A DNA stretch of 59,685 nt, filler included, from Thelocarpon superellum (Eukaryota): NCBI GenBank assembly GCA_026025795.1. It is 4 parts of 4 records of this genome, joined end to end, with 100 filler letters (N's around TTAATTAATTAA, not from the genome) between each part and the next. Parts side by side here need not be neighbours in the genome. Positions count along the whole stretch, not along the records: positions 15,048 to 29,949 come from JAPEUG010000423.1; positions 30,050 to 44,891 come from JAPEUG010000424.1; 2 more parts are not named here. One strand, 5' to 3'. The notes under the pieces were generated by a model. It saw only the letters and a list, made by a program, of their open reading frames with translations, had not been told where the DNA came from and made no database searches. Positions 23,616 to 35,984 of the stretch are shown piece by piece (position 1 is the first letter of the stretch; each line of letters starts with the position of its first letter). The translations under genes were made by a program, and so were the position numbers.

Positions 23616-25325
23616 ATGTCGCTCACCGATTCAGCGAGGGAGCGTAAGAACGTCATCCTGTCGCGCCGACAGATCGAGACCCTCATTGCCCAAGGACGGA
23701 AAATCATCATAGTTGAGAACAAGGTCCTCAAAGTTGACGGCTGGCTTAAGTATCATCCCGGAGGTGATAAGGCAATCATGCATATGGTCGGACGGGATGC
23801 TACTGATGAGGTCAACGCTCTGCATTCTCCCGAGGCACGCCAACGGATGAATACTTTTCAGATCGGGCGTCTAGAGGGGCGGTGGGACAATTTCGTACCT
23901 CCCATACAAGGCGGAGCATTTTACGAGGTGTCGGATGTTGATACCACGGCCGGCCGTGACGATTCTCCCTCGAGCCATGAGAGTTCCCGTTCGGCCTCGC
24001 CTTTGTTCGATGACAACGAATCCCATCTACGGTCAGCAAGACGCCGAAAAGAAGCCCCGGCGTCGGCCGACCAGCGATCCTCGTCCGTTTCATCCATTTC
24101 CTCCGTGGATGAGGGAAAAGAACACGCTTCGAAGTCGACATACCTCGACACGGAAACGCAAAAGGCCATCGATCTCGACCGCTCCAAATATCCGCCCTTG
24201 GACCCGGTGACGCAAGACGAGATTGTACGGAAATATCGCCTGCTGAACGAGAGAATCCACGCCGAGGGCCTCTACCAGTGTTCTTACCCGTCCTATCTGA
24301 TCGAGATCTGTCGGTACACCCTACTCTTCGCGCTGAGCATGGCCTTCCTCCGGGCGGGCTGGTACGGGACGAGTGGGCTGTTCATGGGCATGTTCTGGCA
24401 CCAGCTGGTCTTCACTGCCCACGATGCTGGCCACATGGGCATCACGCATAACTTCCATGTCGACACGGTCATCGGTATCATCATCGCCGATTTCTTCGGG
24501 GGGCTGAGCATCGGGTGGTGGAAGCGAAATCACAATGTCCACCACATCGTCACCAATTCCCCCGAGCACGATCCCGACATCGAGCACATGCCCTTCTTCG
24601 CCATCTCGCCGCGCTTCTTCTCCTCCCTGACCTCGACCTACTACGACCGCGTCATGGCCTACGATGTTTTCGCCAAGGTTTTGGTGCGCTACCAACAATA
24701 CTTGTATTACCCCGTCCTCACCCTGGGCCGGTTCAACCTCTATCGGCTCAGCTGGGAATACTTGCTGCTCGGGCAAGGCCCAAAGAAGGGCCCTGCATGG
24801 TGGCACCGATGGCTCGAAATCGCCGGCAACGTCTTTTTCTGGGTCTGGTTCGGATACGGACTCGTCTACCGGAGCATCCCGACAGCCTCGGGCCGCGTCG
24901 CATTCGTGCTGGTCAGCCACATGATCACGATGCCACTCCACGTCCAGATCACGCTCAGCCACTTCGCCATGAGCACCGCCGACCTGGGGGTGCAGGAGTC
25001 CTTTCCCCAGAAGATGCTCCGCACAACCATGGACGTGGACTGCCCCGCCTGGCTGGACTTCCTTCACGGCGGGCTGCAGTTCCAGGCGGTGCACCACTTG
25101 TACCCGCGGATCCCACGACACAATCTCCGCCGCACGCAAAAACTCGTGCAGGAATTCTGTGCAGACGTGGGTATCCCGTATGCGCTGTATGGCTTCGTCG
25201 ATGGCAACAAGGAGGTGCTGGGTCGGTTGGGTGAGGTGGGCCGTCAGGCCGCCATTCTCGCCAAGTGCCAGAGATCTATGGCGGAGAGGGGAGCTGTTGG
25301 CACTGCGTTGGGATTCCACCATTGA
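23616..25325 (+). CDS. SLD1: Cytochrome b5-fused sphingolipid delta-8 desaturase (single exon)
   Basis: HPGG cyt-b5 motif, His boxes HDAGH, HNVHH and QAVHH, and TM segments; 569 aa. Confidence 0.93.
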   Translation: MSLTDSARERKNVILSRRQIETLIAQGRKIIIVENKVLKVDGWLKYHPGGDKAIMHMVGRDATDEVNALHSPEARQRMNTFQIGRLEGRWDNFVPPIQGGAFYEVSDVDTTAGRDDSPSSHESSRSASPLFDDNESHLRSARRRKEAPASADQRSSSVSSISSVDEGKEHASKSTYLDTETQKAIDLDRSKYPPLDPVTQDEIVRKYRLLNERIHAEGLYQCSYPSYLIEICRYTLLFALSMAFLRAGWYGTSGLFMGMFWHQLVFTAHDAGHMGITHNFHVDTVIGIIIADFFGGLSIGWWKRNHNVHHIVTNSPEHDPDIEHMPFFAISPRFFSSLTSTYYDRVMAYDVFAKVLVRYQQYLYYPVLTLGRFNLYRLSWEYLLLGQGPKKGPAWWHRWLEIAGNVFFWVWFGYGLVYRSIPTASGRVAFVLVSHMITMPLHVQITLSHFAMSTADLGVQESFPQKMLRTTMDVDCPAWLDFLHGGLQFQAVHHLYPRIPRHNLRRTQKLVQEFCADVGIPYALYGFVDGNKEVLGRLGEVGRQAAILAKCQRSMAERGAVGTALGFHH

Positions 25326-25827
25326 ATCCCTTCCAGCGTCTCCATCGGTATTGCCGTCTCCCTTTTCATCGACCTTCATCTCGTAGAGGCTTTTCAAATG
25401 CGGAGCTAGCGCAACCATATCCACGACGACAATGAAAGTAATGATCGGACACACACCCCGCTCGCACGGTCGAGACGCAAGGATGGCCGGTTGAGGATGC
25501 AATGAAACCTAGGCGGTGGATCACGGGTATGGAGCGAATCGAGCCGCTTACACGCGTACCTACCTACCGGTGAGAGTCAGTCACCGGTCGACCACGGAAA
25601 CGCGATTCCACATCGAAAGCTCCTCGTGTTGTGAGATCCATCTGCGAATATGTCGAGCATATCAGAGCCCTTCAGCGTCCGGGCAGCCTTGCCCATGCAT
25701 ATCGTCTACCGTCGACTGCAGCGTCGGGCGGGGTACGGAGCGGACTTTGCATCTGATTGGCGGCGATCTTGCCGTCAGCTGAAAAGGATGTTCCCAAAGT
25801 AATGATGAACACTAAGTCTCGTTCTAC

Positions 25828-27181
25828 CTATGTGACCTTCTTCGAGTCTTCCTCTGCACCAGCCTGAAGCGAATGCGGCTCCGAGGGATGAGGAAAGACG
25901 TTGTGTTTGTCCAACTTGGAGAGCGGCAGCGTCAGGAACTCCGTCTTATTCTTCCACCGGACCTGACTCTCCGCGAATCCTTCGCTATAAGCTGGTGGAG
26001 GCGGGGGATCGGTGATTTTGGTGATGAGGTAGGCGGTCGAGGCCTCGGCGATACCGTAGATGAGGACGCCAAAGATGGGAATCTTGAGGAAGATGTAGAA
26101 GCCCACGCCGAAGCCAAAGAGCAGGCCCTCGCGGTCGCGAAACCAGCGGGCCTTCTGCTGCTTGGTAAAGCGGACGCGCGAGAAGTACGGCACCAGCTAG
26201 GATGACGCGTCAGTCCATCCATGGCGACATCTTGACAAGTCAAGGCCGTAGTCGCTCACCAGTTCGCGCATCAGACTCCTCGAGGAGAAATAGGCTTGAA
26301 GAAAGACGACCAGGTAACTCCTCGGCAGAAAGATACTACTGCCAAAGACGACCACGGCGGGGATGGGCCCGACGGCTTTGTTGAAGGTGTAGAAACTGGC
26401 TGCGGGGAGGACCAGGCGACCAACGACAGGGAGGTATGAGAGAGCAACGACGGCGAGCGAAAGAGCGGCACGCCGACCGAAACGGACCAGAAAGGTCCAC
26501 GCGGTATCGATGGGGCTTCGATGCCCGCTTCCCTCCCCGTGCGTCGAGTAGAGGCGGAGTTGGGGATAGTACATGGAGCGAAGATGAGCCGGATCGTCGG
26601 ACTTGTGCTTCTGGATGTATGTCTGGTCTACCCATTGCAGTGAATCCATGAACCTGGCCACCGTCAGGTATCGATGTGCGTGGCCAGGGTCACGCAATCA
26701 GGGCTTACACATGGTCCAGGGTGGGCACGAGATATCTCATCAGGCTCATCAGGAAGAGAGGTAGCTGAAGCACCGACCGCTCGGTGAACTCCAAGCTTGA
26801 AATGATCTTGTCGTCCCATGATGCTTGTTGCAGGCGGTCGTGCGAGAAGAAGGCGGCGATCCATAGTAGGATCCTCACCGCGATGACCTATTATGGGTGC
26901 GTGGTCAGCTACGATCCTGGCGATGCCGAGTAGGGAGTGGGGTCCCAGAGGTCTCCTCGTACCGGCGCTTCAATGATGATGCGGATGGCGATGCCTGCCG
27001 CTACTGCGTACGCCGCTTGGCGATACTGCTCATATTTGAACAGTCCGGGATTTTGAAGGGCTCGGTGGGCTGGAAGATACATCAGCACGCATCATGACCA
27101 TCGTTGCGTGGCGACGCGCGTACCGCCTACGACCGTCAATTGTGCCCCTCGAACGATGGCATTGGGATCGAAGTTTGACAT
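25828..27181 (-). CDS. usgS: UsgS-like (EI24-related) multi-pass membrane protein, multi-exon
   Basis: Spliced frame MSNFDPNAIVRGAQLTVVG...LQNPGLF...FMDSLQWVDQTYIQKHKSDDP...SRSLMREL|..PYFSRVRFTKQQKARWFRDREGLLFGFG...ASTAYLITKITDPPPPP matches this conserved fungal family as I recall it. Confidence 0.8.
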
Positions 27182-28167
27182 GGTTGCACTGTGCAATCAC
27201 TCTTCCTCTCCAGTGCCCATTTTACATTCCTAGATTGTCGTTGCGTGGCCCGTTTGATCTTGACTGCAAGATTGATGTCATTGCTGAGGGTACACTTCTG
27301 CGCGCGCTGACATTACACGTAGGGGCTCTCGCGTACGAAGGCTCCTCGTCCAGGTACCTCCCAGCGCCGGCAAGACATTACGTGCATTGTCTTCGTGCTT
27401 TCTACCGCGGGTTCAATGTGAGAAGTATTCGTACTTCGTGCTTGAGTTGGACATTATTCCTCCCATGGGAAATTGTACGATCCCTTCTGTTATGCTACAT
27501 ATACCCAATTTAGCAATCCTATTCGGACGAATCGTGGGCCCCTGCTACCCGAAGTGCGGTACGAGTTTGCGATATGCGTGTCTGCAGCAGATGAAGTCGC
27601 ACGTGAAAGGCCGGTCGGTTCTCCGGTGAGAGGCCCGTACTCGACAAGCGTCGTACCGAGACCCTAACCACGAGCTTATCGATCCCCAACCGACCTGCTA
27701 TCACCCAAATGGTGGGAAATTACAGAAGCCTGGTGAAAAGGGTATCGCAAGGGACGCGTTCGAAAGTAGAGAAGTGAGACGCCGAGTGCAGCTCGATGTC
27801 TATATCGACGCGGAGATCGTAGCCTGTGCAGGAGATGGAGCCTATAACTAGTAGTTAGTCAACGCGTGATCCGTCTGATCGGCCTTGACACGGCCCGGCG
27901 CGGTGGCCGGCGCAATCGCCTGGTAACTTACTGGTTGATCTCGGTCCACTCGTCCCCCGGACGCCCGCCACCACATAGCCGCGCCATCGCATCGCAACAC
28001 CACGGTCGCCATCACGCCCCTTCTCACAGCCACATATCGTCACACTCCATCACCCTCGTCGCCTGAAGCCTGTGATCCAGCCTTGCCGTGCGCTGCGCAC
28101 CTGTCGGATGGTTTGATCTTACCGCGTGGGCGGAGATGCTTCGGTCGCGCTTGGGCTGGACCACGGC

Positions 28168-29938
28168 ATGGAGTCTCCACCCACCCTGCGACCGAGCAGA
28201 AGCGCCGCGATGAGTGCCCCGGCGCCCGTGGTTCGACGCGCTCACACCCTGCCCGTGTCCTTGACGGCGCCTCTGGAACCCAGCGATAAACGCAAGCCGA
28301 AAGAGGCTGTCGAGGTCTTGTACTGGCATGATGCCGCCAGGATTGTCGCTTTCAAAACCCCGCCGGTCACGCCTCGGCCCGCCGTTGGTCGACTGGACGC
28401 AGACCAGGAGAAAGGCGCGCCGGGGACATTGCCATGGGCCTCACGATCCGAGCGAGTGCTTGCCACCGGTAAGAGCACCTGTGCGTCTGCGCCGTCCTGA
28501 CCGGGTACTGATCCGCTGGCTTCCGGTAGGCCCGCTGCAGTTGTATCGCGCGCAATCCTCTGTCGTCATTTTGAACTCCGGCGCCATCCTGCATGCCCTC
28601 TTCGCTAAGTCGCAGTGCTGGTGTGTCGATGGCGAATCCAAATTCGTCTTACGGATCCGGGATAATGACTACTACCGCATCGAGCTGCCACACCAATCTG
28701 ACGTGGAACGAAGCGCGGCCGAGCTGTTGAAGGAAAAGCTCGCGACCGTGCTACAGTTCGAGAAGACGCCATGCCCTTTCAAGAGAGGCTTCACCGTCGA
28801 GCTACCGGAGCCCCCGCACACGCCCGTCAAGAAGCGGCCGTGGAGACCACGGGTCCGCGTTGATCCCGAGGCCATCGAGGCCACCGAGGTCGAGACGGAT
28901 AGCGCGGAGGAATACGTCACCGCGTTATCGCGCAACAACAGCCTGAGCAGCTCGGAGGGCGACGACCGCGACGACGGGGAGGATGCAGACGATGCAAACC
29001 AAGCCACGCCGCGGGCACGGGCGCCCGCTACGATGCTCCCGCCCATCGACCCCCTGAAGACCCCGACCCGGCCCAAAGCTCTCGGCGCGGTCCGATCCAT
29101 GACGGCCCCTCCGCAGCTGAATCTCACCACGACCCCTCCGTCGCGCTCGACGTCGCCCGCGGATGAAGTCACCTCACTCGCCCGACTGAGCTTGACCTCG
29201 AGCACCGAGAGCTTTCATTCCGTCCAACCCATCACCTCCTCTCTACCCCCGTCTCCGCCCGACTCCAGCACGTCGTCGCCGCCACCTTCCGACAGCGTCT
29301 TCGGAGATGATCTTTTCATTCCCCGGCACCGGGCTCATGCCGACACATCCTCCAGCGTCTCGACAGCGCCGGGCTCGAGGCACGGCTCACGGTCGCCAGC
29401 ACGCAAGGCGTCGCCGCCAGAGCCCAACAGCATCACGTCGCAGCCAGCCAACATCGACCCCATGGCACAAATCGCGCAAACGGACGGCACCTCACTCCGA
29501 GCGGCCAATGCGCGCCGACGCCTCGCGGCGCGTCGGGCTGCCGTCCACTCGCGAGCTGCGTCGAGCCCGATCGCCGTGCCTTCGCCGACGTCCGATCCGC
29601 GCGGCCACCATCTCACGACGGCCCTCTTGCAGCGAACCTGTGCCCTGATGATGTGCACGCCGGCACAGCTGATGAAGCTGATGCTGGAGATTGCCCGCAA
29701 AGTGGCCAACGGGGCGCTGCAGGGCGTCGTCCTGGGCTATGGTGAAGGGGGAGAGAAGATCCCGTGCCAGTGGGTCTCGAGCGAGGACGAGCAGAGCGTG
29801 GCCGACGCACACTCCGACGCTGATGATGACGATGACGACGATGTGTGGAGCGAGGACGATTATGGCGTTCCCCTGGGTCGTGTCAATCGCAACGCGCTCC
29901 GGCGCCGGGACATCGGTAAATCATGGCATGCCCTCTGA
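28168..29938 (+). CDS. INP1: Inheritance of peroxisomes protein 1 (Inp1); exons 28168-28468, 28530-29938
   Basis: Intron 28469-28529 joins GTLPWASRSERVLATG|PLQLYRA...LNSGAILHALFAKSQCWCVDGESKFVLRIR..YYRIELP...FEKTPCPFKRGF (Inp1 domain). S/P-rich middle and acidic EDDYGVPL end. The stop is 11 nt before the contig end. Confidence 0.85.
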
Positions 29939-29949
29939 GGGATGAGGCA

Positions 29950-30049
29950 NNNNNNNNNNNNNNNNNNNNNNNNNNNNNNNNNNNNNNNNNNNNTTAATTA
30001 ATTAANNNNNNNNNNNNNNNNNNNNNNNNNNNNNNNNNNNNNNNNNNNN
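29950..30049. other. Artificial contig linker N44-TTAATTAATTAA-N44
   Basis: Same 100-nt spacer as at 14948. Confidence 0.98.
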
Positions 30050-30113
30050 TTCGCCATGGCTTGCACGCTCTGTGAACAGAGGGAGTGAGAGGGAGAGGAC
30101 TGAGTGTGTGGGA

Positions 30114-30198
30114 TGGTGGCCCGTGAGAGATGATGGCCCGTGGGAGGTGATGGCCCGTGGAAGGTGATGGCCTGTGGAAGGTGATGGTCTGTGAGAGG
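30114..30198. repeat. Degenerate 17-bp minisatellite, 5 units (consensus TGATGGCCCGTGGRAGG)
   Basis: Units start at 30114, 30131, 30148, 30165 and 30182. Confidence 0.85.
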
Positions 30199-31036
30199 TA
30201 AGTGGACACGATGTTGGACGAGTCGGTACAGGTAGTGCGACCGCCGTTGGTCAGAATGGAGAGATGGGGCCTAAATTCCACGTCATGGTGTGAGATAGCC
30301 CGAGGCCTGGACACTACTGCTCGTACCAGGACTTCGTTCATAAGTTCTCCTACTCCCTCACTCTGGGCTTAGGTGCCATTGCTCTCCCCTGCCGTCAGAA
30401 CATTAGCCACGCTGTCAGCGCTAATGCAGACCGGACATTCTCAGTGGCACAGCCAAAGGGGCGGGGTACCCAAGATGAACGAGATTGGTGGGGGATCTCT
30501 GGACGGGCTTTGCCATAATTAGGCCCTAACTAGTAATTGTCCCCAGTTAGGCCAGTTGGCAGGGATGCAGCCGACCGGAGGATGGGACGCGTGCGCCCGT
30601 TCGAGAGCTAAAAATGGATCGCCGCCCGGTTCGAAGATACTCTTGGGTCGAACTACCTAACCCTCCACGCCTCCGCTCCTCGGAATAGTCACACTTGGTA
30701 ACGGACCTTGACCAATCGTTGCATCAGACCCTCGTGCCCCTTGCAGGTCCCCAGCTTCTCATCATCGCTCACAGGAAGAAGCGGAGTTGGTTTGGTCGGG
30801 GTGCAAGATGGCACCCACAGCATCTACGTCGGCAAGCCAGCTACGGGCCTCTCGTGTGAAGCGGACGATGTGATCAATCGGAAGTTTGAACATTCAGTTA
30901 CAATCGTCAACGACCCAGGAAGCACGTTCAATCCCACGTGGTGCTCAAATTTCCACCGTTACCATCATCCGTCTCGTCCGTCTCGTCCCCCCAATTGCCC
31001 GTCTCACGCCAGAGCCGCTACCCCTCGGTGTTGACC

Positions 31037-33844
31037 TCATGCCGGAAGCTTCATCCCCACCTGCATTACCTCCGGGTTGACCTGCCCAGCTTCGGCTGGG
31101 GCTGCTGCGTCGAGATGGCGTCCTGTTGGGCCCGTGCCATCGTCCGGGGGAGCCGTAGCGACGTCGTGATTCCATGTGGAACGACCCAGCGGGCATCCCG
31201 GCTGCATCGCGCCGTCATCGAGGCCTCGTTTCGAGGGCACGGCTTGCATGCTCGACGCAGCGAAACCCCCCGCCGTGGAAGCCGGCACACCGATGTTGGG
31301 ACCGTGACTCATCGCCGGAGGGGCCGCGAGCGGGTACGCACCAAGCGATGGTGGCGCCGGCTGGGCGGACCAGCCCGGACTGCCCAGGCCAATGTCGTCC
31401 TTGGAGAGAAGCCCGCCGGCCATCTCGAAGCTCAAGGGAGCGTAGGGCTCGGGGACAAAGGCTTGAAGCCCCGGATCTTCCAAGAGGATCATGCCCGTGT
31501 TGCCCATGACCGTGTCCGCGCTCATGTCCGGACCGGGGTCTTGCGCCAGGGCCGACGCCATGATGGGCTGTTGTGTGGGTGATGGAGTGGGATAGAGCCT
31601 CATGAGCAAGGCGTAGAGCTTGTTCGATGCCACGCCTGCGAGTTTGTGGATCCCCTTTTGCTCCATCTCCCGGAAGACGACCCACGCGTTCTGCACGCGC
31701 ATGTAATCGTCCTTGGCGGCGTCGGTCCCGGCGCCCGAGGCCGGCCGCGGGTGGAGCAGCGACAGCCCAAGGAGCATGGCGGAATTGAAGGCTTGCTGAC
31801 CCATGGTCCAGCAGATCATGGCGGCGCTCACGCGGGTGTGGAAGAAGTCAAAGGCCGACAAGATGCCGCGCGCCGAGGCCAGCACCCGGTCACGCCCGCG
31901 CAAGACGCCGTTGCTACTGGTGCTAGAAGGCGATCCCAGGCTGGATGCATCCCCTCCTCCAGGAGCGTCGTCACCTTCCCGACGCTGCCGGTTGAGCAGG
32001 ATGAGGAAGTTTTGCGTTTTGCCATAGAACACTGTGGACCATCAGACCTGTCCAGCATCTTCATCCCAGCACTCACCAGCAGCTTGCGCGTCAAGTGGCC
32101 AATCCGGCACTCGCTTGTCCGGGTTATTCCACGTTTCGTCAAACTGAATGACGTCGGGGAGGGTGTCGCGGAGTGCCAAGAGCTTATCCGTGAAGTCGTC
32201 AATCTTCTGGTTCGTCAGATTGTCGCAGGAGAGGATCTGTCGAGCCAAGATCGTGAACAGGTTGATGTACTCGGACAAACGCAGGATGGTAGGATTGGTC
32301 GTCAAGGGATTCGGAGGGGGGCAATCACCGATCCCCGAGATCCCCAGCGGGCGACCCATGGTCATGGAGTATTGCTGATCCAGATGGAGCATCCACCACC
32401 TGAGCGAGGGACGGAGTTAGCCCGAGCGTACGGTCGGCTTGCGGCGCCCTTACCAGAGAGTCTGACGGATGCCAGCTTCGCGCAAGGGCGGGGCGGGGTC
32501 CAGATACTTCGGATTGCGATGCACTGATCACGTCAATGAGGAGGCGCGCCAGCGTCCGCGACACCACGGAGACTCACGACCGATGCTCTGGGCGAGGCGG
32601 ATCGTCAAACCCAGCAAGGCCCATGCATCCAGAAACTTGCCGCCGTTGGTCAAGTACGGACAGATCATGATCAAGGTCTGGATGCCGAGTAATGTGGGCC
32701 GATTCAGAAAGGACGCCATGCGCAAACATTGCATGGACGCGGCAACTACCGACGTGTAAGTGACGGTCGACGGGCGAGTAACCACGGCTACTCACTGTAC
32801 ATGTCGCCCTTCCACGCTTCGGCTTCCATGGCTCCTTCGATCCAGCGGCCACCGCAGCGGTCGTAGACGCCGAGCTGGACCCCCTGGGCCAAAGTGGCAA
32901 AGATCAAGCCGAGCATGGCCGGGTGCCGGACCGCATTCTCCTCGGGGTTGGTCAGGAAGCGTTCGACCTCCTTGGGCATCATCTCGTCCGGCACATGCGG
33001 AAAGGAGCAGGACTGGGCCCGGGCCTGGAAGGCATCGAGGAAGCTGAACAGCTCGTCCCGGGGAGGCAGACAATGAACCGGCATCGGGCCCAGGCCATCG
33101 GCGCGCCAGAAGGTTCCAAACGGATAGGACGGCGTATCTTGAAAGGCAAAGATATCCTCGCCGCGGGGCGCGGCAAACCCCACCGACGCCGGGGTCGAGG
33201 AGGTGCGCAGCATCTTGGCAAACTACTCCACCCATCAGCCAATCCGGACAGAATTAGAGCCGGACGACGGTGGGCAAGACGTGGTCCGAGTGAGGGGACT
33301 CTTACCTCGGCGATGACCGTGGCCAAGCCCGGGCTCCCAAAGTACAAGTTGTCATTGGGATCGGACGATTTGAAGCGGCGCTGCTGGAAGCGGGCAGGCT
33401 TTTGGGGGACGCGTGGAGGACTACGGCCATCCGAGGAGGAGTCAGAGGCCCCGTCCAGATTGGTGGCGGCGGTGGTGGTGGTGGTGGTGGCCCTCCGGCC
33501 CATGCGCAATCGGGTCTTGAGCCGTTCATTCTCGGCGCGGAGGTTGCGAATCTCATAAGACTGAGCGATGGGCTCATAATCCTCCTTCTCCTTGGTGAGG
33601 AAGACGCATTCCTTAGGGTGCCCACGGCCACAGCAGGCTTGACACGGGTGCACTCGATCGCACTATGTCGGTTATGGTCGGCCGATGTTGCGGACACGGA
33701 GAGGAGGGGTCGGCCGCGTACCTTGACCTTGCGCTTACGGCAGCTGGTGCATGACAGCAATTGCCGCTTCGGCTTGCTCGGGTCCTCCGTATCTACTACG
33801 GGGTCCTCGACATGCACCCCGTCGTTGTCACTCGAGGTCGCCAT
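31037..33844 (-). CDS. Zn(II)2Cys6 transcription factor with fungal-specific TF middle homology region, multi-exon
   Basis: Intron 33721-33663 yields CTSCRKRKVKCDRVHPCQACCGRGHPKEC, followed by coiled coil EIRNLRAENERLKTRL. Downstream AWALLGLTIRLAQSIG and LDQQYSMTMGRPLGI (Fungal_trans-like). The 3' end follows the ORF and is approximate. Confidence 0.9.
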
Positions 33845-35984
33845 CGCACGAATTGGACAAGTAGCAAGTCGAGGAGCTGCCTGACGATCCAGAGGTCATC
33901 TGCAATTCCGTGTTCGCGGAGAGAAAGAAACGGTGATGGTCATGGCGCAACGGTCGCGAATTGAATGGACATTTATAGGAATAGAGCAACACGCATCGCG
34001 ATGGCCTCGACACCCTCCACCACGCGGTGGGACAGGGGGAGGGGACATGATTACTATTCATCTGCCAGCCATCTGCAGGTCGGTCTGAAAGGAGTGGGCC
34101 CACGCCTCTGGATCGGGCTGGTAGGGGATGTTGAGGGACACGCTTGACGGGGGGTACGGCGCATCAGCGTGCAGAGTGCGTGGGAGAGGCAGCCGAGTGT
34201 TACCACCCACTTGGCGGCAGACGCGGCGAGAGTGAGAAGCCAGTCCAAACAATCACCCGTATCCGTTCCACTCTCGCACCAAGCGGGCCGTGGGCGGTAG
34301 CGAGGTGGCACCCGTCACCCGTCACCCGTCACGAAAGGCAATCGAGGACAAATCGGCCTCGCTGGGAAGGCCGATCGCTCGCGTCGGCCGCAGCGAGCCA
34401 ACCCAGGATATCGCGGGGCGAAGATGCAAGACGACAGGGATATCATGGCTCGCGGCACCCGGCATATCCCCGCGGTCGGTACTGAGCTAGCGAGTAGAAG
34501 CGATCCCGATCCTTTCGACCTGGTGCGCGGACCAATCGTCCAGCCGTCCGCCGCTGCGGCCAGAGGGAAGAGCGTCCTCGGAAGCAGGACAGAGCCAGAG
34601 TCCAGGCCGACGAGGAGCACCTCGCCCGGGCCTGGCGAATCACGAACGACCAGAGATGCGCATACGATGTCAGGTCACAAGCAAGGCTGGCGCTGGGCCG
34701 CAGGCTGCGATGGCTGGAACGGTGATTGAGTTGATCTAGATTGGGGCCGGTCGAACGCCTCGGAAACCCTACCCGCTAGCTTTGGCGAGAAGGCGCCTGC
34801 GCGATGACCGTGGTGCGTCAGCCCCAGTCGCAACGACAACCGCGACAGCTCGCGTCCGCGAGAAGGGCAACGGATCGTTCCCGCTCAGGTAAGACGAGGG
34901 GTCACAAGGCGCGTAGTGGGGACTGTGCGTGTGACAATTGCAAGCCGACAAAACCGATACTGTTGACTGACTGGGCACGTCCTCACCGAGGGATGATTCA
35001 CCGGTCTCATCCGACCGATCCGTCCGGGCGACGGCGGTGGTAGGGAGGGGTCCGGGAAGTAGCCGTATCGACACGGCCACCAGATTACGCGGGCGCGCTA
35101 CACCTGACGTGCTGGTACCAATGTGCGCACGGTACTTTACCTCGAGAGCTCCCATGGAGCGACTTTCGTCAGCGCCCTTGCTCCAGCATGAGGGCCTGGC
35201 CTAGGCTCTCCTCCTCATTCGACCCATGGATCGATGGCTGCCGCTACTGCAAGTGCGGAGTCGACTCGCGTGATTGCGGGCCTAGCTCAGCCGGACTGGG
35301 ATCCGGTCCCTTCCAAGGTTGTGACGAATCATCGTCCTGACACATCTCAACGCCGGCGGGAGATCTCCCTGCTTGCGGTCGATAGGCTCTGGCCACTCGC
35401 GTCGCGCCCGTTCTCGGCATCGGCTTCGCGTGCGTGTTCGGGATGCCGACGTGGATTTTCCCGCCGTCGGGATCCCGATCGGACGCAAGCCTGATGTGGG
35501 TGGCGCCGCTTCGCTGCTGCGACGCACCCGTCTCGCCCCACTACGGTTGAGACTAAATTCAAGTTGTCTTTCCCGTCGCCGAACTTGGGCCTACCAGAGG
35601 ATTCGACAAGCCGCCGTGGATGGACGCCAGCGATGCATCACACGTCTCCTCTCGCCCCATCGAACGCCGTAATCGAGGCCGTAGCGCGAGATCCCGATCT
35701 TCCGATGCACTTCACCCACTCGCTCAACCCCCGCAACATACTCGCGTCCAATGCCCCCTTCACGGGCAATGTGCCCCCTGCGACGCGGTCATCCCGTATC
35801 GACCGACGGCTTCATCGCGGTCGGTCGGCGGGCGTACCCTTGTCCCCCGTCGTGACTTTCGCGTCAGCGAGGATGGAAAAGGTGACGAGTCGGTCGAGGT
35901 GGACGAGCGCGGCGAAATGGTAAGGCGAGCAAATCGGGAAATGGTCCTCGCCTGTCCTACCGTCGATGGGGCCAAGAACTCTGA

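Noticed and set aside
24321..25502. Long antisense ORF (393 aa), like others opposite the TF, lipase and RNase II
   Set aside because: Shadow ORFs caused by GC3-biased codons of the real genes.
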